Source: Chitinophaga pinensis
GTDB taxonomy: Bacteria; Bacteroidota; Bacteroidia; M30B66
NCBI GenBank assembly: GCA_945883545.1
Contig: CAMCXT010000004.1
Coordinates: 11,829 to 75,828 of the forward strand
Length of the DNA stretch: 64,000 bases
Reading direction: 5' to 3'
Below the pieces are notes generated by a model. It ran no database searches. It worked only from the letters and a program-made list of their open reading frames with translations, and was not told the DNA's origin. Position numbers and translations under genes: made by a program. Below, in pieces: positions 48,933 to 58,974 of the stretch (the stretch's first letter is position 1; each line of letters starts with the position of its first letter).

Positions 48933-50669
48933 ATGGCAATGCCAACCCGGACCAATATTCTAGATTGTTGTTTGATCGTTGCTGCGAGCATGCTATTTCT
49001 TTGGCCGGAAGCAGATCCATCTTGGCTCAAACCAGCCACCGATATTCACGATGCAGTTTGGTGGGCCGATCCTGCGAAGCAGAAGATTCTACACGGAACG
49101 TGGATGAATGGTCCATTTGCAGGAGCAATTGCTGTAGGTCCGCTCACGGTTTGGCTACATTTTATCACCTTCAAGCTGTTCGGAATCAGTTTTTTCTCGC
49201 TTCGTCTGCTTTCTCTCATTCCAGCTGTTTTTACTGCAGTTTTACTTCGTTTTCGGTCGAGTGATTTTTCGAGTGCCTCTGCAGCTTTATTGTTACTCAC
49301 ATCTACGTCGTGCTTTACTTGGGCGCGATTGGGTTTGCCTGAATTGTGGATGGGATTTCTGTTGTTGGCTGCGATTCATTTGCTTCAGAAAGGTGGAATA
49401 TGGAACTCGATTATTGCAGCGTTTTGTTTGCTCGGAGGGTTGTTGCTTAAGGCGTCGTTTGTTTACCATTTGTTGTTGATTTTACCTGTTCTGCTGCTCA
49501 CTAAACACCAACAAGCCACAAACAGATGGGCATTTTTTCTTGGTGCATTTTCGATAGGTTCAGTAGTTTATTATCTAGGTTATTTGTTGCCCAACGAAGC
49601 CTTGTTTTCGCCATTTCTTGCGGAGTTCTCGGCAAACTATTTCACAATAGAACAATTGCTCGATCCGGCTGGAATATTTGCACGAATCGTGTTTTTAACC
49701 GATCGAGAATTCTTCCTAGATCCATCTGTCGTTTTGCTGGTAATTGCCTTGCTCATTAAGTTGGGTTCTGGATATCGCCCATCTTCGAGATTGAGTTTCA
49801 CTGCGCTCTTTTTCTTGGGTGTTTTTTTGCTTTTACCTTCCGACTTCGCGGGCAGAAGATTTATCCCGCTATTCCCGTTGTTGATTTTAGCCATTGTTGA
49901 GCCTTATGAGCAGAAATCTATTTCGAACCGTGTAAAAGTTCCACTCGCGGTGCTAATGAATTGGGTTATGATCGGAATGATAATCCCAGCTGCTCGACTT
50001 TTTCTATTTGAGGACGACTTTTTTCAAATTCAACCTTTGGTAGGGTTTATTTTTGGGATCCAAGTTTTAGGCTTGGCGATTATTTGGTGGCTAAAGAAAT
50101 CATCCAATTCTTTGTTCTCTGTTTATTTCAAGTATTCTTCATCGGCTTTATCCTTGGCTTGGATTGCGTTGGTTTTGCAAACGCATTTACATTCTTCTTC
50201 CTGGCTGATTGTGATTTTTTCAGCCGTCGTTTTTCTCTTGATACACTTGCTGTTTTCTTCTGAGAAATTTAAGTATTCTGCCTTTGTGTTCATTGCTGGT
50301 GTTGGGTTGACATGCAATTGTGCTGCATTTTTCAGTCTATCACACACCGAGCGAGAAAATGCTGAAGTCGTGGCGAAAATATTGGACAATCAACAGGGAT
50401 TGGTTGCTGGTAATGCAACTACATTTTCGTTAACCTTTCTTTCATCATCGAGCGCCATGCATTTTCCAATGAGTCCATTTTGGAGATCAACTCAGCCGCC
50501 GTTTTTCGGTGCTTATTCCACTTCCGATCAAGACAGTATAGCCACAATCGAAATGTTGGATCAACTCAAACACCACTATCCAACTAAACCTGAATTAAGT
50601 TGCATTCCATTATCTGTGTGGAGTACGAACCAATCCGGAAGCTTTTGTTATCCCCGGAGGGAAAAATAA
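48933..50669 (+). CDS. Polytopic membrane protein, possibly a GT-C (ArnT/PMT-like) glycosyltransferase
   Basis: Acidic loop after TM1 (DIHDAVWW), FKLFGISFFSLRLLS, many TMs. Confidence 0.55.
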   Translation: MAMPTRTNILDCCLIVAASMLFLWPEADPSWLKPATDIHDAVWWADPAKQKILHGTWMNGPFAGAIAVGPLTVWLHFITFKLFGISFFSLRLLSLIPAVFTAVLLRFRSSDFSSASAALLLLTSTSCFTWARLGLPELWMGFLLLAAIHLLQKGGIWNSIIAAFCLLGGLLLKASFVYHLLLILPVLLLTKHQQATNRWAFFLGAFSIGSVVYYLGYLLPNEALFSPFLAEFSANYFTIEQLLDPAGIFARIVFLTDREFFLDPSVVLLVIALLIKLGSGYRPSSRLSFTALFFLGVFLLLPSDFAGRRFIPLFPLLILAIVEPYEQKSISNRVKVPLAVLMNWVMIGMIIPAARLFLFEDDFFQIQPLVGFIFGIQVLGLAIIWWLKKSSNSLFSVYFKYSSSALSLAWIALVLQTHLHSSSWLIVIFSAVVFLLIHLLFSSEKFKYSAFVFIAGVGLTCNCAAFFSLSHTERENAEVVAKILDNQQGLVAGNATTFSLTFLSSSSAMHFPMSPFWRSTQPPFFGAYSTSDQDSIATIEMLDQLKHHYPTKPELSCIPLSVWSTNQSGSFCYPRREK

Positions 50670-50704
50670 ATTCATCATCTTTGTTTATTATCAAATCAAA
50701 ATTT

Positions 50705-51190
50705 ATGGAAAGGTTAATGAATCTTGTATTTTTTGTCCTGAGTATGTTATTTTTTTCTGCCTGTAAAAAAGAAAAGGTAAAAGGCTGCAACGATTCAACA
50801 GCGATCAATTTTAATGTTGAAGCAGAAGAAAATGATGGTACTTGCAACTATCTGCGGGATAAATATTTAGGTCAATTTGAAGGCATCAAAACATGCCAGA
50901 TTTATGCTTCCGAACCTGAATTTTCGTTCAGTATCTCACCTTCTGCAGAAAATTCCGGAAGGTTGATTATCAATGAATTTCCTGAAAGTGGGGCTTCTTT
51001 GTATGCCAATTTGGACTTTAGTGATTCTGACCAGATTATTCTTCCAAATCAAACAATAGAAAACGGGTTAGATGTGTCAGAAGTGTCTGGAATTGGCAGA
51101 CTTTCATCAGACTCTATATCAATAACCTATTATAGAACAATCGAATCAGGGTCAGTCGATACTTCCATTGTGCGAGCAAAACGGATGTAA
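50705..51190 (+). CDS. Putative lipoprotein with GCxDxxAxNF motif
   Basis: Lipobox FSAC; KGCNDSTAINFNVEAEENDGTC..RDKYLG. Confidence 0.7.
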   Translation: MERLMNLVFFVLSMLFFSACKKEKVKGCNDSTAINFNVEAEENDGTCNYLRDKYLGQFEGIKTCQIYASEPEFSFSISPSAENSGRLIINEFPESGASLYANLDFSDSDQIILPNQTIENGLDVSEVSGIGRLSSDSISITYYRTIESGSVDTSIVRAKRM

Positions 51191-51273
51191 CCAATTTCCA
51201 GTAATTCGAGTATTCATTTCAATTGACAGAAATTAAAGAGAATTATTACTAAATTTGCAGAGACTACAGAAAA

Positions 51274-51744
51274 ATGCAATCAATATTACTGCGTAGAATT
51301 TTATTATTTTCATTGTCCTTCTTTGTGTTTGCAGCGGTTTCTTGCGACAAAAAAGGAGGATGTACAGATCCACTTGCAGAAAACTTTGATCCTTCGGCGG
51401 AAGTAGAAAATGGAACCTGCACATTGCAAAGAGAAAAGTTTCTTGGAGTTTACCTCGGCCAAGCATCTTGCCTACAACCACCAAACGGCCTTTACCAGTC
51501 TGAAGTTATTGCTGCAAACGATAACTTAAACGATATCCTAATTACCAACCTAGCTGGTAGATTTAATAATCCTGTTCGTGCAACTGTTGATCGAAGTGCA
51601 GTCACGATTCAAACGCAAGATCCAGACGCAAACGGATTTTATATTTCAGGTTCTGGAACCATCATTGGTAACAACTTGAATATCTCTTTCCAAACCATTT
51701 ACGGTCAGGAAAACAACAACTGCCAATACGAATTGAATAAGTAA
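51274..51744 (+). CDS. Putative lipoprotein, paralog of the preceding gene
   Basis: Lipobox AVSC; GGCTDPLAENFDPSAEVENGTC..REKFLG; TAAATTTG element at 51250. Confidence 0.75.
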   Translation: MQSILLRRILLFSLSFFVFAAVSCDKKGGCTDPLAENFDPSAEVENGTCTLQREKFLGVYLGQASCLQPPNGLYQSEVIAANDNLNDILITNLAGRFNNPVRATVDRSAVTIQTQDPDANGFYISGSGTIIGNNLNISFQTIYGQENNNCQYELNK

Positions 51745-51778
51745 ATCTTGCGTTTCAGCTCGGTTACTTCTCAGATTA

Positions 51779-53461
51779 CTACCTACTTATTTTCAGAATA
51801 TAGGCCTCATCCAACACCTTTTCCCGTGTGTTTGGATTCCCAAAGTTCATCGTAAGCAAACTCACTGCGAAACTACTTGTAGTGAACACAGCCTCAGATT
51901 TCCAACCGCCATCAGTAAGTTTTTGTCTTCCTTCACGGTTTGTAAAAACGAACAAAGTCTGGTTTCCAGCTTGCCACTCCTGCATCAAACTTTCGTCGCT
52001 ACATTCCCTCTGAACGTGGTTTGTATACACATCTAACGATCGCCCATTCACGAAATAAACGAATAATCGGTCGAGTGGAAGCTTCTGTTCTAGAGCATAT
52101 TTCGCAGCTTTTCCTGAGGCTTGGTATTCAATGATCGAAGGGTAAAACTGACAAGCCATCAGAATGTTGATGGCAAACGATGTACTGATCGACATCACCA
52201 TCCACTTGTCGAGATAACCGTTGAATTTCACGATCGAACCATACAAGAAAAGCAACAATCCTCCCAGAGCAACTGCGATCAGAATTGGATTTGTTAAAGG
52301 GAAAAACCAAAGGAAAATCAATCCACCAAAGACCCAAGCACCAGCCAATACGACCGTTTGCGAAATGTTGAGCCATTTCATTGCAGGCGACAAACGGGTT
52401 CTGAGTTGTTCTAAATAATCGGCAGTAATCACTGCGGCAAAAGGGAACGTTACATAAATATAGTGAGGCAATTTATATTTCGACATCGACAAGGCGATGA
52501 ACGGAAGCAAGAAACCTCCCCAAGTAATCCATTCCTTTTTTAAGCTGAAAATTCGAGTTCCATTGGTGATGATATCTCTTATCAATAGAAAGAATGCTCC
52601 AAAGAATGCCAAAGTCCAAGGCAGGAAAGACCATCCAAGGTTGTGAACGAAGAAGAACGGACCAGTATCGTTTTTCCAAACATTCTCACCTGTAATCCTT
52701 CCAAAGCTTTGTTCCCAAAAGTAAAAGCGAAGACCAGAAACACCAGTTTTGCCATTCACAATTTTGTCGGGTTGTAGATCGAATTGTTGGTAGAGTCCAA
52801 TTAACATCGGACTTAACACAGCACCAATAATTACCAATCCTGCAAGCCATTGCCAGCGCAAGAGTACTTTCCATTCGTTTTTAAAGAGAATGTGCGTACC
52901 AAAAGCAAGAATGGGTGATATCAATCCCATCGGCCCTTTTGCAAGCATGGCGATGCCTGCAAAAAAGAAACCGCCGATCCAGTAATACCATTTCTTGTTT
53001 TGTATGAATGCTGCCAACATCCAAGTTGATGCGATCACTGAATTGGTAAGGTAAGTATCCGTTCTAACGTCATTGTTAAAGTGAAAATAACCTTGTGTAG
53101 AGCCTAGGATGAGTGCTGCTAACAATGCAGTTCGCTCGCTGTAGTATAACTTGGTGAAGCGATAAGTAGCATACATCCCCAATACAGAAAAGAGGATAGA
53201 AGGCAATTTGAAGGCAAATTCATTGGCGCCGAAAATGCTGAAAAACAAGCCACTAATCCAGAAGATGAATGGAGGCTTATCGAGATATTCTTTCCCTCGG
53301 TCGTAAAATTCGAGGAAGTTCCCACGGTGGAGCATTTCTACCGACATCGAATAATATTGGGCAGAATCTACCTCCATGATATCCACTGGAATTGCTAGCA
53401 GATAGATGAAAACAATGCACAAAAAAAGAATCAGTGGGTGTTGGAGTATTCTTTCAATCAT
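51779..53461 (-). CDS. ArnT/PMT-family GT-C glycosyltransferase
   Basis: DSAQY..MS.EM, YLDKPP..FW, FKLPS, DVRTD, LAKGPMG, SKYKLPHYIY. Start taken at MIERIL. Confidence 0.85.
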   Translation of the reverse strand: MIERILQHPLILFLCIVFIYLLAIPVDIMEVDSAQYYSMSVEMLHRGNFLEFYDRGKEYLDKPPFIFWISGLFFSIFGANEFAFKLPSILFSVLGMYATYRFTKLYYSERTALLAALILGSTQGYFHFNNDVRTDTYLTNSVIASTWMLAAFIQNKKWYYWIGGFFFAGIAMLAKGPMGLISPILAFGTHILFKNEWKVLLRWQWLAGLVIIGAVLSPMLIGLYQQFDLQPDKIVNGKTGVSGLRFYFWEQSFGRITGENVWKNDTGPFFFVHNLGWSFLPWTLAFFGAFFLLIRDIITNGTRIFSLKKEWITWGGFLLPFIALSMSKYKLPHYIYVTFPFAAVITADYLEQLRTRLSPAMKWLNISQTVVLAGAWVFGGLIFLWFFPLTNPILIAVALGGLLLFLYGSIVKFNGYLDKWMVMSISTSFAINILMACQFYPSIIEYQASGKAAKYALEQKLPLDRLFVYFVNGRSLDVYTNHVQRECSDESLMQEWQAGNQTLFVFTNREGRQKLTDGGWKSEAVFTTSSFAVSLLTMNFGNPNTREKVLDEAYILKISR

Positions 53462-53545
53462 CAATGCGAAGATCGGATTTCCGCTTTTGAAAATGTGGCT
53501 GGTTGATAAATAATCTGCCACGACCAAACATGAAGGCAAAAAAAA

Positions 53546-53644
53546 TGGGTAAGTTACTTACATCGCACCGCTCAACCGTCTGCCCTTGCTATCTTCCGAT
53601 CCTGGGGGAGTTCAACAGGAGCTGGTCGTATAAGACTTACCCAG
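53546..53644 (-). ncRNA. ffs: Signal recognition particle RNA (4.5S type)
   Basis: Minus strand TGGGTAAG...CTGTTGAACTCCCCCAGGATCGGAAGATAGCAAGGG...CTTACCCA: GGAA tetraloop with the CAGG/AGCA internal loop, closing stem, T-tract, and TATATTTG just upstream. Confidence 0.93.
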
Positions 53645-53718
53645 CGCAAATATAGAGAATCCGGTTGGTTTTGAACCAAATTTTTTAACTCAGCCGAATG
53701 TGTTGAAAATGAGTCGAT

Positions 53719-54765
53719 TTACTTCATCCAAATATCAACAAACACAGGCAAATGGTCGCTATATCCGCCGAGATAATTCTTGCCTCCATAGGTTCTGCTA
53801 GGTTCCATTGTGCCGTACTTCTCATTTTTTACGAGTAAAAAGTCGGCCTTCAGCACTTTCGCTTGGTTGAACCAGGTTTGCATTCCTGAGCTTCCTTTAA
53901 TCAATGCTTCCGAAGCTAAGAATTGATCCAAAAAGCCCCAATCGCCTTTGTATTGGTGCGAGCCAACACCTTCGCCTTTTTGCCAACCCATCATATTGTA
54001 AATGCTACCGCTTTTATTGGTTGAGTCAATTTCAGCTTGCATTACCTCACGCATGCTTTTATTGGTAGGATAATCGTTGAAATCTCCCATCAACAAAATA
54101 TTGGCGTTTTTCTCATTGGTTTGGATTGAATCGCACAAACGTTTTGCAGCTTTCGCCGCATCCATGCGCTTGGGCTCAGTTTCTGAAGCACCACCAGAAC
54201 GACTTGGCCAATGGTTTACCACCAAATGAAGGCTGGATTTATTAGGCAACATACCCTTCACATACAAAAGATCGCGCGTCGGTTTGTCGTTATCGACCGA
54301 AAAAATTACAGGGTATTTACCGCTCTTCACAAAAGTAAAACGGTCTTTACGGTAAATTAATCCAACATCAATTCCTCTTTTATCTGGCGAATCATAATGA
54401 ACAATCGAGTAGCCTTCTTTTTTTAAATCGGTGTTTTGTAACAAGAAATCCAACACTTTTCTGTTTTCTATCTCCGAAAAACCTACAACATCAGGAAGTT
54501 CTTCACCTCCAACGGCTCTAATCACCTGAGCAATATGTCCAAGTTTTACGTCCAACCGTTCTTGGGTCCATTTTGCTTCAGCAGAGGGCAAAAAATCAGC
54601 GTCATCAACGCCTTCATCATCCTCAACGTCGAATAAATTTTCAACATTGTAGAACATCACCCGAAACGGTTTCGGCTTTTTCTTTCCCTGCGACTGATCA
54701 AAATTCAGCGCAAAAATCCCAGTGCAAAAAACAGCACCAACAACAAGAAGTGTATACTTATTCAT
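53719..54765 (-). CDS. Exported endonuclease/exonuclease/phosphatase family protein
   Basis: FYNVENLFD, EIEN, DKRGIDV, NHWPSR, GDFND, LDQ, GYSDHLPV. Confidence 0.92.
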   Translation of the reverse strand: MNKYTLLVVGAVFCTGIFALNFDQSQGKKKPKPFRVMFYNVENLFDVEDDEGVDDADFLPSAEAKWTQERLDVKLGHIAQVIRAVGGEELPDVVGFSEIENRKVLDFLLQNTDLKKEGYSIVHYDSPDKRGIDVGLIYRKDRFTFVKSGKYPVIFSVDNDKPTRDLLYVKGMLPNKSSLHLVVNHWPSRSGGASETEPKRMDAAKAAKRLCDSIQTNEKNANILLMGDFNDYPTNKSMREVMQAEIDSTNKSGSIYNMMGWQKGEGVGSHQYKGDWGFLDQFLASEALIKGSSGMQTWFNQAKVLKADFLLVKNEKYGTMEPSRTYGGKNYLGGYSDHLPVFVDIWMK

Positions 54766-55085
54766 ACTAGTCTATTATTGCTGCAAGTTAGAAAAGCTAT
54801 GGTTACCAGCATCTTTAGTAATTGAATTAATTGTTAAGTAATTACATTTTGACTCACCTGGGTTTGATGCGTTTTTTGGGGGGCAAACGGGCTTTCCGCG
54901 GTACACGGTACCCAGCTCCAATCCCTGCCCTTAACTGCTAATTGTGGTCTTGAATTTTCAAATGAACATTGGTTTTTGGTCTTTGAATCCTTTCAATTTT
55001 CGGGATAATTCATGGTTTAGTGCTTCCTTTAAATTGGTCGAATTACTGCATTGTATCGATCATTTTTGTTCTGGAATTTGATTAC

Positions 55086-55562
55086 CCGATTTAACCGTTT
55101 ATATCCGTTTCATTGCCGGATCAGGTTCTCACAATTCATTAGGTTTGCCCGGGAAGGGGATGGTTGGGTTCCCTAAAAAATTAAAATTTTCCACGCAAGA
55201 ACTTAGGCATCAGATGCTTTAAGAATTTACAAATTCTTGGTTTTCATCTTGTTAAAATTCAGCTATCCGATTTAACCGTTTATATCCGTTTCTAACCGTT
55301 TCATTGCCGGATCAGGTTCTCACAATTCATTAGGTTTGCCCGGGAAGGGGATAGTTGGGTTCCCTAAAAAATTAAAATTTTCCACGCAAGAACTTAGGCA
55401 TCAGATGCTCTAAGAATTTATAAATGCTTGGTTTTCATCTTGATAAAATCAGCTATCCGATTTAACCGTTTATATCCGTTTCATTGCTGGATCAGGTTCT
55501 CACAATTCATTAGGTTTGCCCGGGAAGGGGATAGTTGGGTTCCCTAATGAAAATTAAAATTC
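55086..55562. repeat. Non-coding tandem repeat, ~181-190-bp unit, about 2.6 copies
   Basis: CCGATTTAACCGTTTATATCCGTTTC... begins at 55086, 55267 and 55457; units are near-identical. Confidence 0.95.
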
Positions 55563-55773
55563 CAACCAAATTGAATGTTATATTGAATTCAATAGCCTTC
55601 ATTTTCTGTTCAGTTAATTGATTTTATTCCTTGTCTCTTTTCTAAAAAATCCAACAGTCTACAAATTCCAGTTGCCACTTTCTTTTACCTTATCACGTCA
55701 TAGGGATAAACTCTCAATCTTTTTGCTTTTTGTATAAGTTACAATAACTATCTTAGTCCAAATTTAAGTTTCA

Positions 55774-57132
55774 ATGAAGCAATTCCTCACTCCAATAGCC
55801 ATTTTATTAGCGACCAATCTATTGGCGATCAATGTCACTTTTAGATTAAACATGAACGGATTGCAAGGCTTCGGAACACCCGAAGTAAATGGAACATTCA
55901 ATAACTGGTGCGGCAACTGTAATTCAATGTCGGATGCAAACAACGATGGCATCTGGGAAGCAACGCTCAATTTGCCTGCTGGCAACTACGAATACAAGTT
56001 TTCCTATGATAGTTGGAGTGGTCAGGAGAACTTATCTGCCACTACAGGTTGTTCAGTTACCAATGGCAATTTCACCAATAGAACTTTGAATGTACAATCG
56101 GATGTAGTTCTTCCAATTGTATGCTGGGGCCTATGTTCCGAATGCCTTCAGCTTGAACCAGAGACTTGGCCCTTGACGTGGTCGGAAGAATTCGATGGCA
56201 ATGAGCTCAATCCAGAAACTTGGTCGTATAATATCGGTACTGGTGCAAGTGGCTGGGGAAACAACGAACTTCAATATTACACCAATGCTCCTGAAAACGC
56301 CCTTGTGAGCAACGGAAGCTTAAAGATCACAGCGAGGAACGAATCGATCAATGGAAGCAATTACTCTTCATCGAGGATCATCACCAATAATCTATTCGAA
56401 TTTCAATATGGTAGGGTAGAAGCACGTATTAAAGTGCCGATGGGGCAAGGCTTGTGGCCTGCATTCTGGATGTTGGGTGGGAATTTCGAAACTGTGAGTT
56501 GGCCGCAATGCGGAGAAATCGATATCATGGAACACATCAACAACGAGCAAGTCATAAGTGGAACCGTTCATTGGAACAACAACAACCACGATTATAAAGG
56601 CTCTTCAGTGCCATTTACACCAAACGATTTTCATCTCTATGGAATTGTTTGGGACCAAGAAAGTGTTGTTTTTACGCTCGATAATCATCCGTATTTTGAA
56701 TTTCCATTTGTTGCTAACAACAATACAGAACAAATTTTTAGGAATCCTTTCTTTTTGATTTTAAACGTCGCTGTTGGTGGAAATTGGCCAGGAAATCCTG
56801 ATGGATCAACTGTTTTTCCTGCTGTAATGGAAGTGGATTATATTCGTTTATATCAGAATGATGTCTCAAAATTAAATGACGATCAAACGGAATCTGATAT
56901 TGTTTTGTATCCCAATCCATTTCAAAATACCTTGAATTTTTCACAATTTGATTTATCAGGTGATACACATATCGAAGTGCGCGATTTTACTGGTAAATTG
57001 ATTCATTACTCAACCCTGAATCAATTGAATTATTCTGTCAACACAGAGTCTTGGAATGAAGGAATTTATCATGTTTCTATTGTTTCAGGTTCATCTAAAA
57101 TTTTTAATTGCAGAACTATCAAGTCGAACTAA
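55774..57132 (+). CDS. GH16 beta-1,3-glucanase (laminarinase-like) with N-terminal CBM-like module and T9SS CTD
   Basis: WSEEFDG, GWGNNELQYY, GLWPAFW, catalytic EIDIME, LNVAVGG.WPG; YPNPF CTD. Confidence 0.92.
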   Translation: MKQFLTPIAILLATNLLAINVTFRLNMNGLQGFGTPEVNGTFNNWCGNCNSMSDANNDGIWEATLNLPAGNYEYKFSYDSWSGQENLSATTGCSVTNGNFTNRTLNVQSDVVLPIVCWGLCSECLQLEPETWPLTWSEEFDGNELNPETWSYNIGTGASGWGNNELQYYTNAPENALVSNGSLKITARNESINGSNYSSSRIITNNLFEFQYGRVEARIKVPMGQGLWPAFWMLGGNFETVSWPQCGEIDIMEHINNEQVISGTVHWNNNNHDYKGSSVPFTPNDFHLYGIVWDQESVVFTLDNHPYFEFPFVANNNTEQIFRNPFFLILNVAVGGNWPGNPDGSTVFPAVMEVDYIRLYQNDVSKLNDDQTESDIVLYPNPFQNTLNFSQFDLSGDTHIEVRDFTGKLIHYSTLNQLNYSVNTESWNEGIYHVSIVSGSSKIFNCRTIKSN

Positions 57133-57240
57133 TTTGCTTCTAATTTCTGACTCATTTTTTATTCAGATTAGACGAATACAGTTTATCTTTCGGTTTTAAA
57201 TAATGAATTTAGATACAGACATATACAGGTAACTTTATTC

Positions 57241-58482
57241 ATGAATTATTCTCGCCACCAATACAGTTCGCCATTTAATATGGCAGTTTTTGCTGCAGGT
57301 TTAGGATTTTTTGTTGATGCGTTCGATTTGTTGCTTTTCAATGTTATTCGCATTCCAAGTCTCAAATCATTGGGTTTTTCGGGTGATGATTTAACTTTTG
57401 CAGGTGAATCATTGTTGGCCATACAAATGGCAGGAATGATGGTGGGCGGAGTTTTAAGCGGCGTTTTAGCCGATCGGAAAGGCCGAGCCACAGTGCTGTT
57501 TGGTTCAATCCTCTTGTATTCGATTGCTAACTTGGCAAATGCTGCAGTGACTGATTTCACTTCATATGCAATTCTTAGGTTCTTTGCAGGTGTTGGTTTA
57601 GCAGGCGAATTAGGCGCTGGTATTGTGCTTGTTGGTGAGAAAATGACTTCAGAAAAACGAGGTTTGGGTACAATTCTCGTCGCCACATTAGGAGGTTTAG
57701 GTGCCATTTGTGCTGGGTTAGCTGGAGATCTACTCCATTGGCGAACTGCCTATATTGTTGCAGGTGCAGCCGGTTTATTGCTTTTGTTTCTTCGAATGAA
57801 AAACCTTGAAACAGCAATGTTCAAGAAATCTATTCAAAACGAAGGCATTCAACATGGTAATTTCTTCATGTTGTTCAAACCAACCGAGCGCTTTCAAAGA
57901 TTTTTGAAATCTGTACTAATTGGTGTCCCCATTTGGTATTGCGTGGGAATGCTCATTTCATTTATGCCCGATTTGGCTTCTCAAACAGGAAATACCCCAG
58001 CAAATCTTGGTACTTGCTTCATTCTTTTTCAAGTTGGAATTGCATCTGGAGATCTGAGCTCAGGTTTGTTTAGTCAATTCTTTAAAAATAGAATGAAAGT
58101 AATGACTTTTTATATGCTCATAGCTTTTATAACGTGTTTGATTTGGTTTCTCAATTTCCAATTGTGGAATCTTGCGATTTCCTTGGTATTGCTTTCTTTT
58201 TTAATGGGATTTGGTTGTGGATATTTAAGCGTATTTGTTACAACTACAGCAGAAACATTTGGAACCAACTTGCGAGTTACAGCAACGTCTTCTGTTACCA
58301 ATTTTATGCGAGGATCGGTATCAATATTAATTCCATTGCAGATTTTACTCCGAAATTGTTTTGATTTATCCCTAATGTATACGCTCAGTATAATTGGCGT
58401 TTTGGTTTGGCTACTTGCCTTTTATTCGGTTTTAAAATCCAAAGAAACTTTTGGACGGGATCTTGATTTCTACGAAGAATAA
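57241..58482 (+). CDS. MFS transporter
   Basis: GFFVDAFDL, GVLADRKGR (motif A), LRFFAGVGLAGE, AETFGTNLR; about 12 TMs. Confidence 0.92.
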   Translation: MNYSRHQYSSPFNMAVFAAGLGFFVDAFDLLLFNVIRIPSLKSLGFSGDDLTFAGESLLAIQMAGMMVGGVLSGVLADRKGRATVLFGSILLYSIANLANAAVTDFTSYAILRFFAGVGLAGELGAGIVLVGEKMTSEKRGLGTILVATLGGLGAICAGLAGDLLHWRTAYIVAGAAGLLLLFLRMKNLETAMFKKSIQNEGIQHGNFFMLFKPTERFQRFLKSVLIGVPIWYCVGMLISFMPDLASQTGNTPANLGTCFILFQVGIASGDLSSGLFSQFFKNRMKVMTFYMLIAFITCLIWFLNFQLWNLAISLVLLSFLMGFGCGYLSVFVTTTAETFGTNLRVTATSSVTNFMRGSVSILIPLQILLRNCFDLSLMYTLSIIGVLVWLLAFYSVLKSKETFGRDLDFYEE

Positions 58483-58489
58483 AAATCAT

Positions 58490-58948
58490 TTAAACATTAA
58501 ACTGAGATAAATGATGGTCCAAGTGTTTGTAAAACATATTGTTCCATTCTGTAGTGCTGAGCTGACCAAAAGAATGCGACTCCTTGTTGTTAAATCCAGC
58601 TCCACCAATTTCTACAGCTTTTTTTAAGTAATTAATTAATCTAGTTTTTTCAGTCTGAAAATCTTTGGATGATTTAATCAGAAATTCAGGTGATGTTTGT
58701 GAATTGTGTTTATAGGGAGTTTCATTTGTTACCAATTTCTTGACGAAGGTCTTCAACAAAAAAGCTTTCACTGCGCCTGGCTTCTTGTGTTTGTTTTCAA
58801 AACACATCTCATAAGTAACATTGCAGTGTGCTAACATTTGTGCAACATCCATTTTTCCCCAGTTGGGCCTTGATTTTTCTGTTAGTTGGTTAATTCTTCC
58901 AACAAGCTGATGTGTAACTTCTGCGGAGAAAATATTGGGTAATGCCAT
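58490..58948 (-). CDS. DUF1569 (DinB-like) protein
   Basis: WGKMDVAQMLAHC...SHSFGQL...W....YKHLDHHLSQF. Confidence 0.9.
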   Translation of the reverse strand: MALPNIFSAEVTHQLVGRINQLTEKSRPNWGKMDVAQMLAHCNVTYEMCFENKHKKPGAVKAFLLKTFVKKLVTNETPYKHNSQTSPEFLIKSSKDFQTEKTRLINYLKKAVEIGGAGFNNKESHSFGQLSTTEWNNMFYKHLDHHLSQFNV

Positions 58949-58974
58949 TGTTCTGTTAATTGATTAGATTAATG

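Noticed and set aside
53462-53539. N-terminal extension of the ArnT-like ORF to 53539
   Set aside because: The extension begins in the T-tract ending the SRP RNA; MIERIL at 53461 gives a normal first TM.
55100-55135. Minus-strand CTGATCCGGCAATGAAAC resembling a hammerhead core
   Set aside because: It lacks CUGANGA and I could not build the three stems. c-di-GMP riboswitch and HDV-like folds did not fit either.
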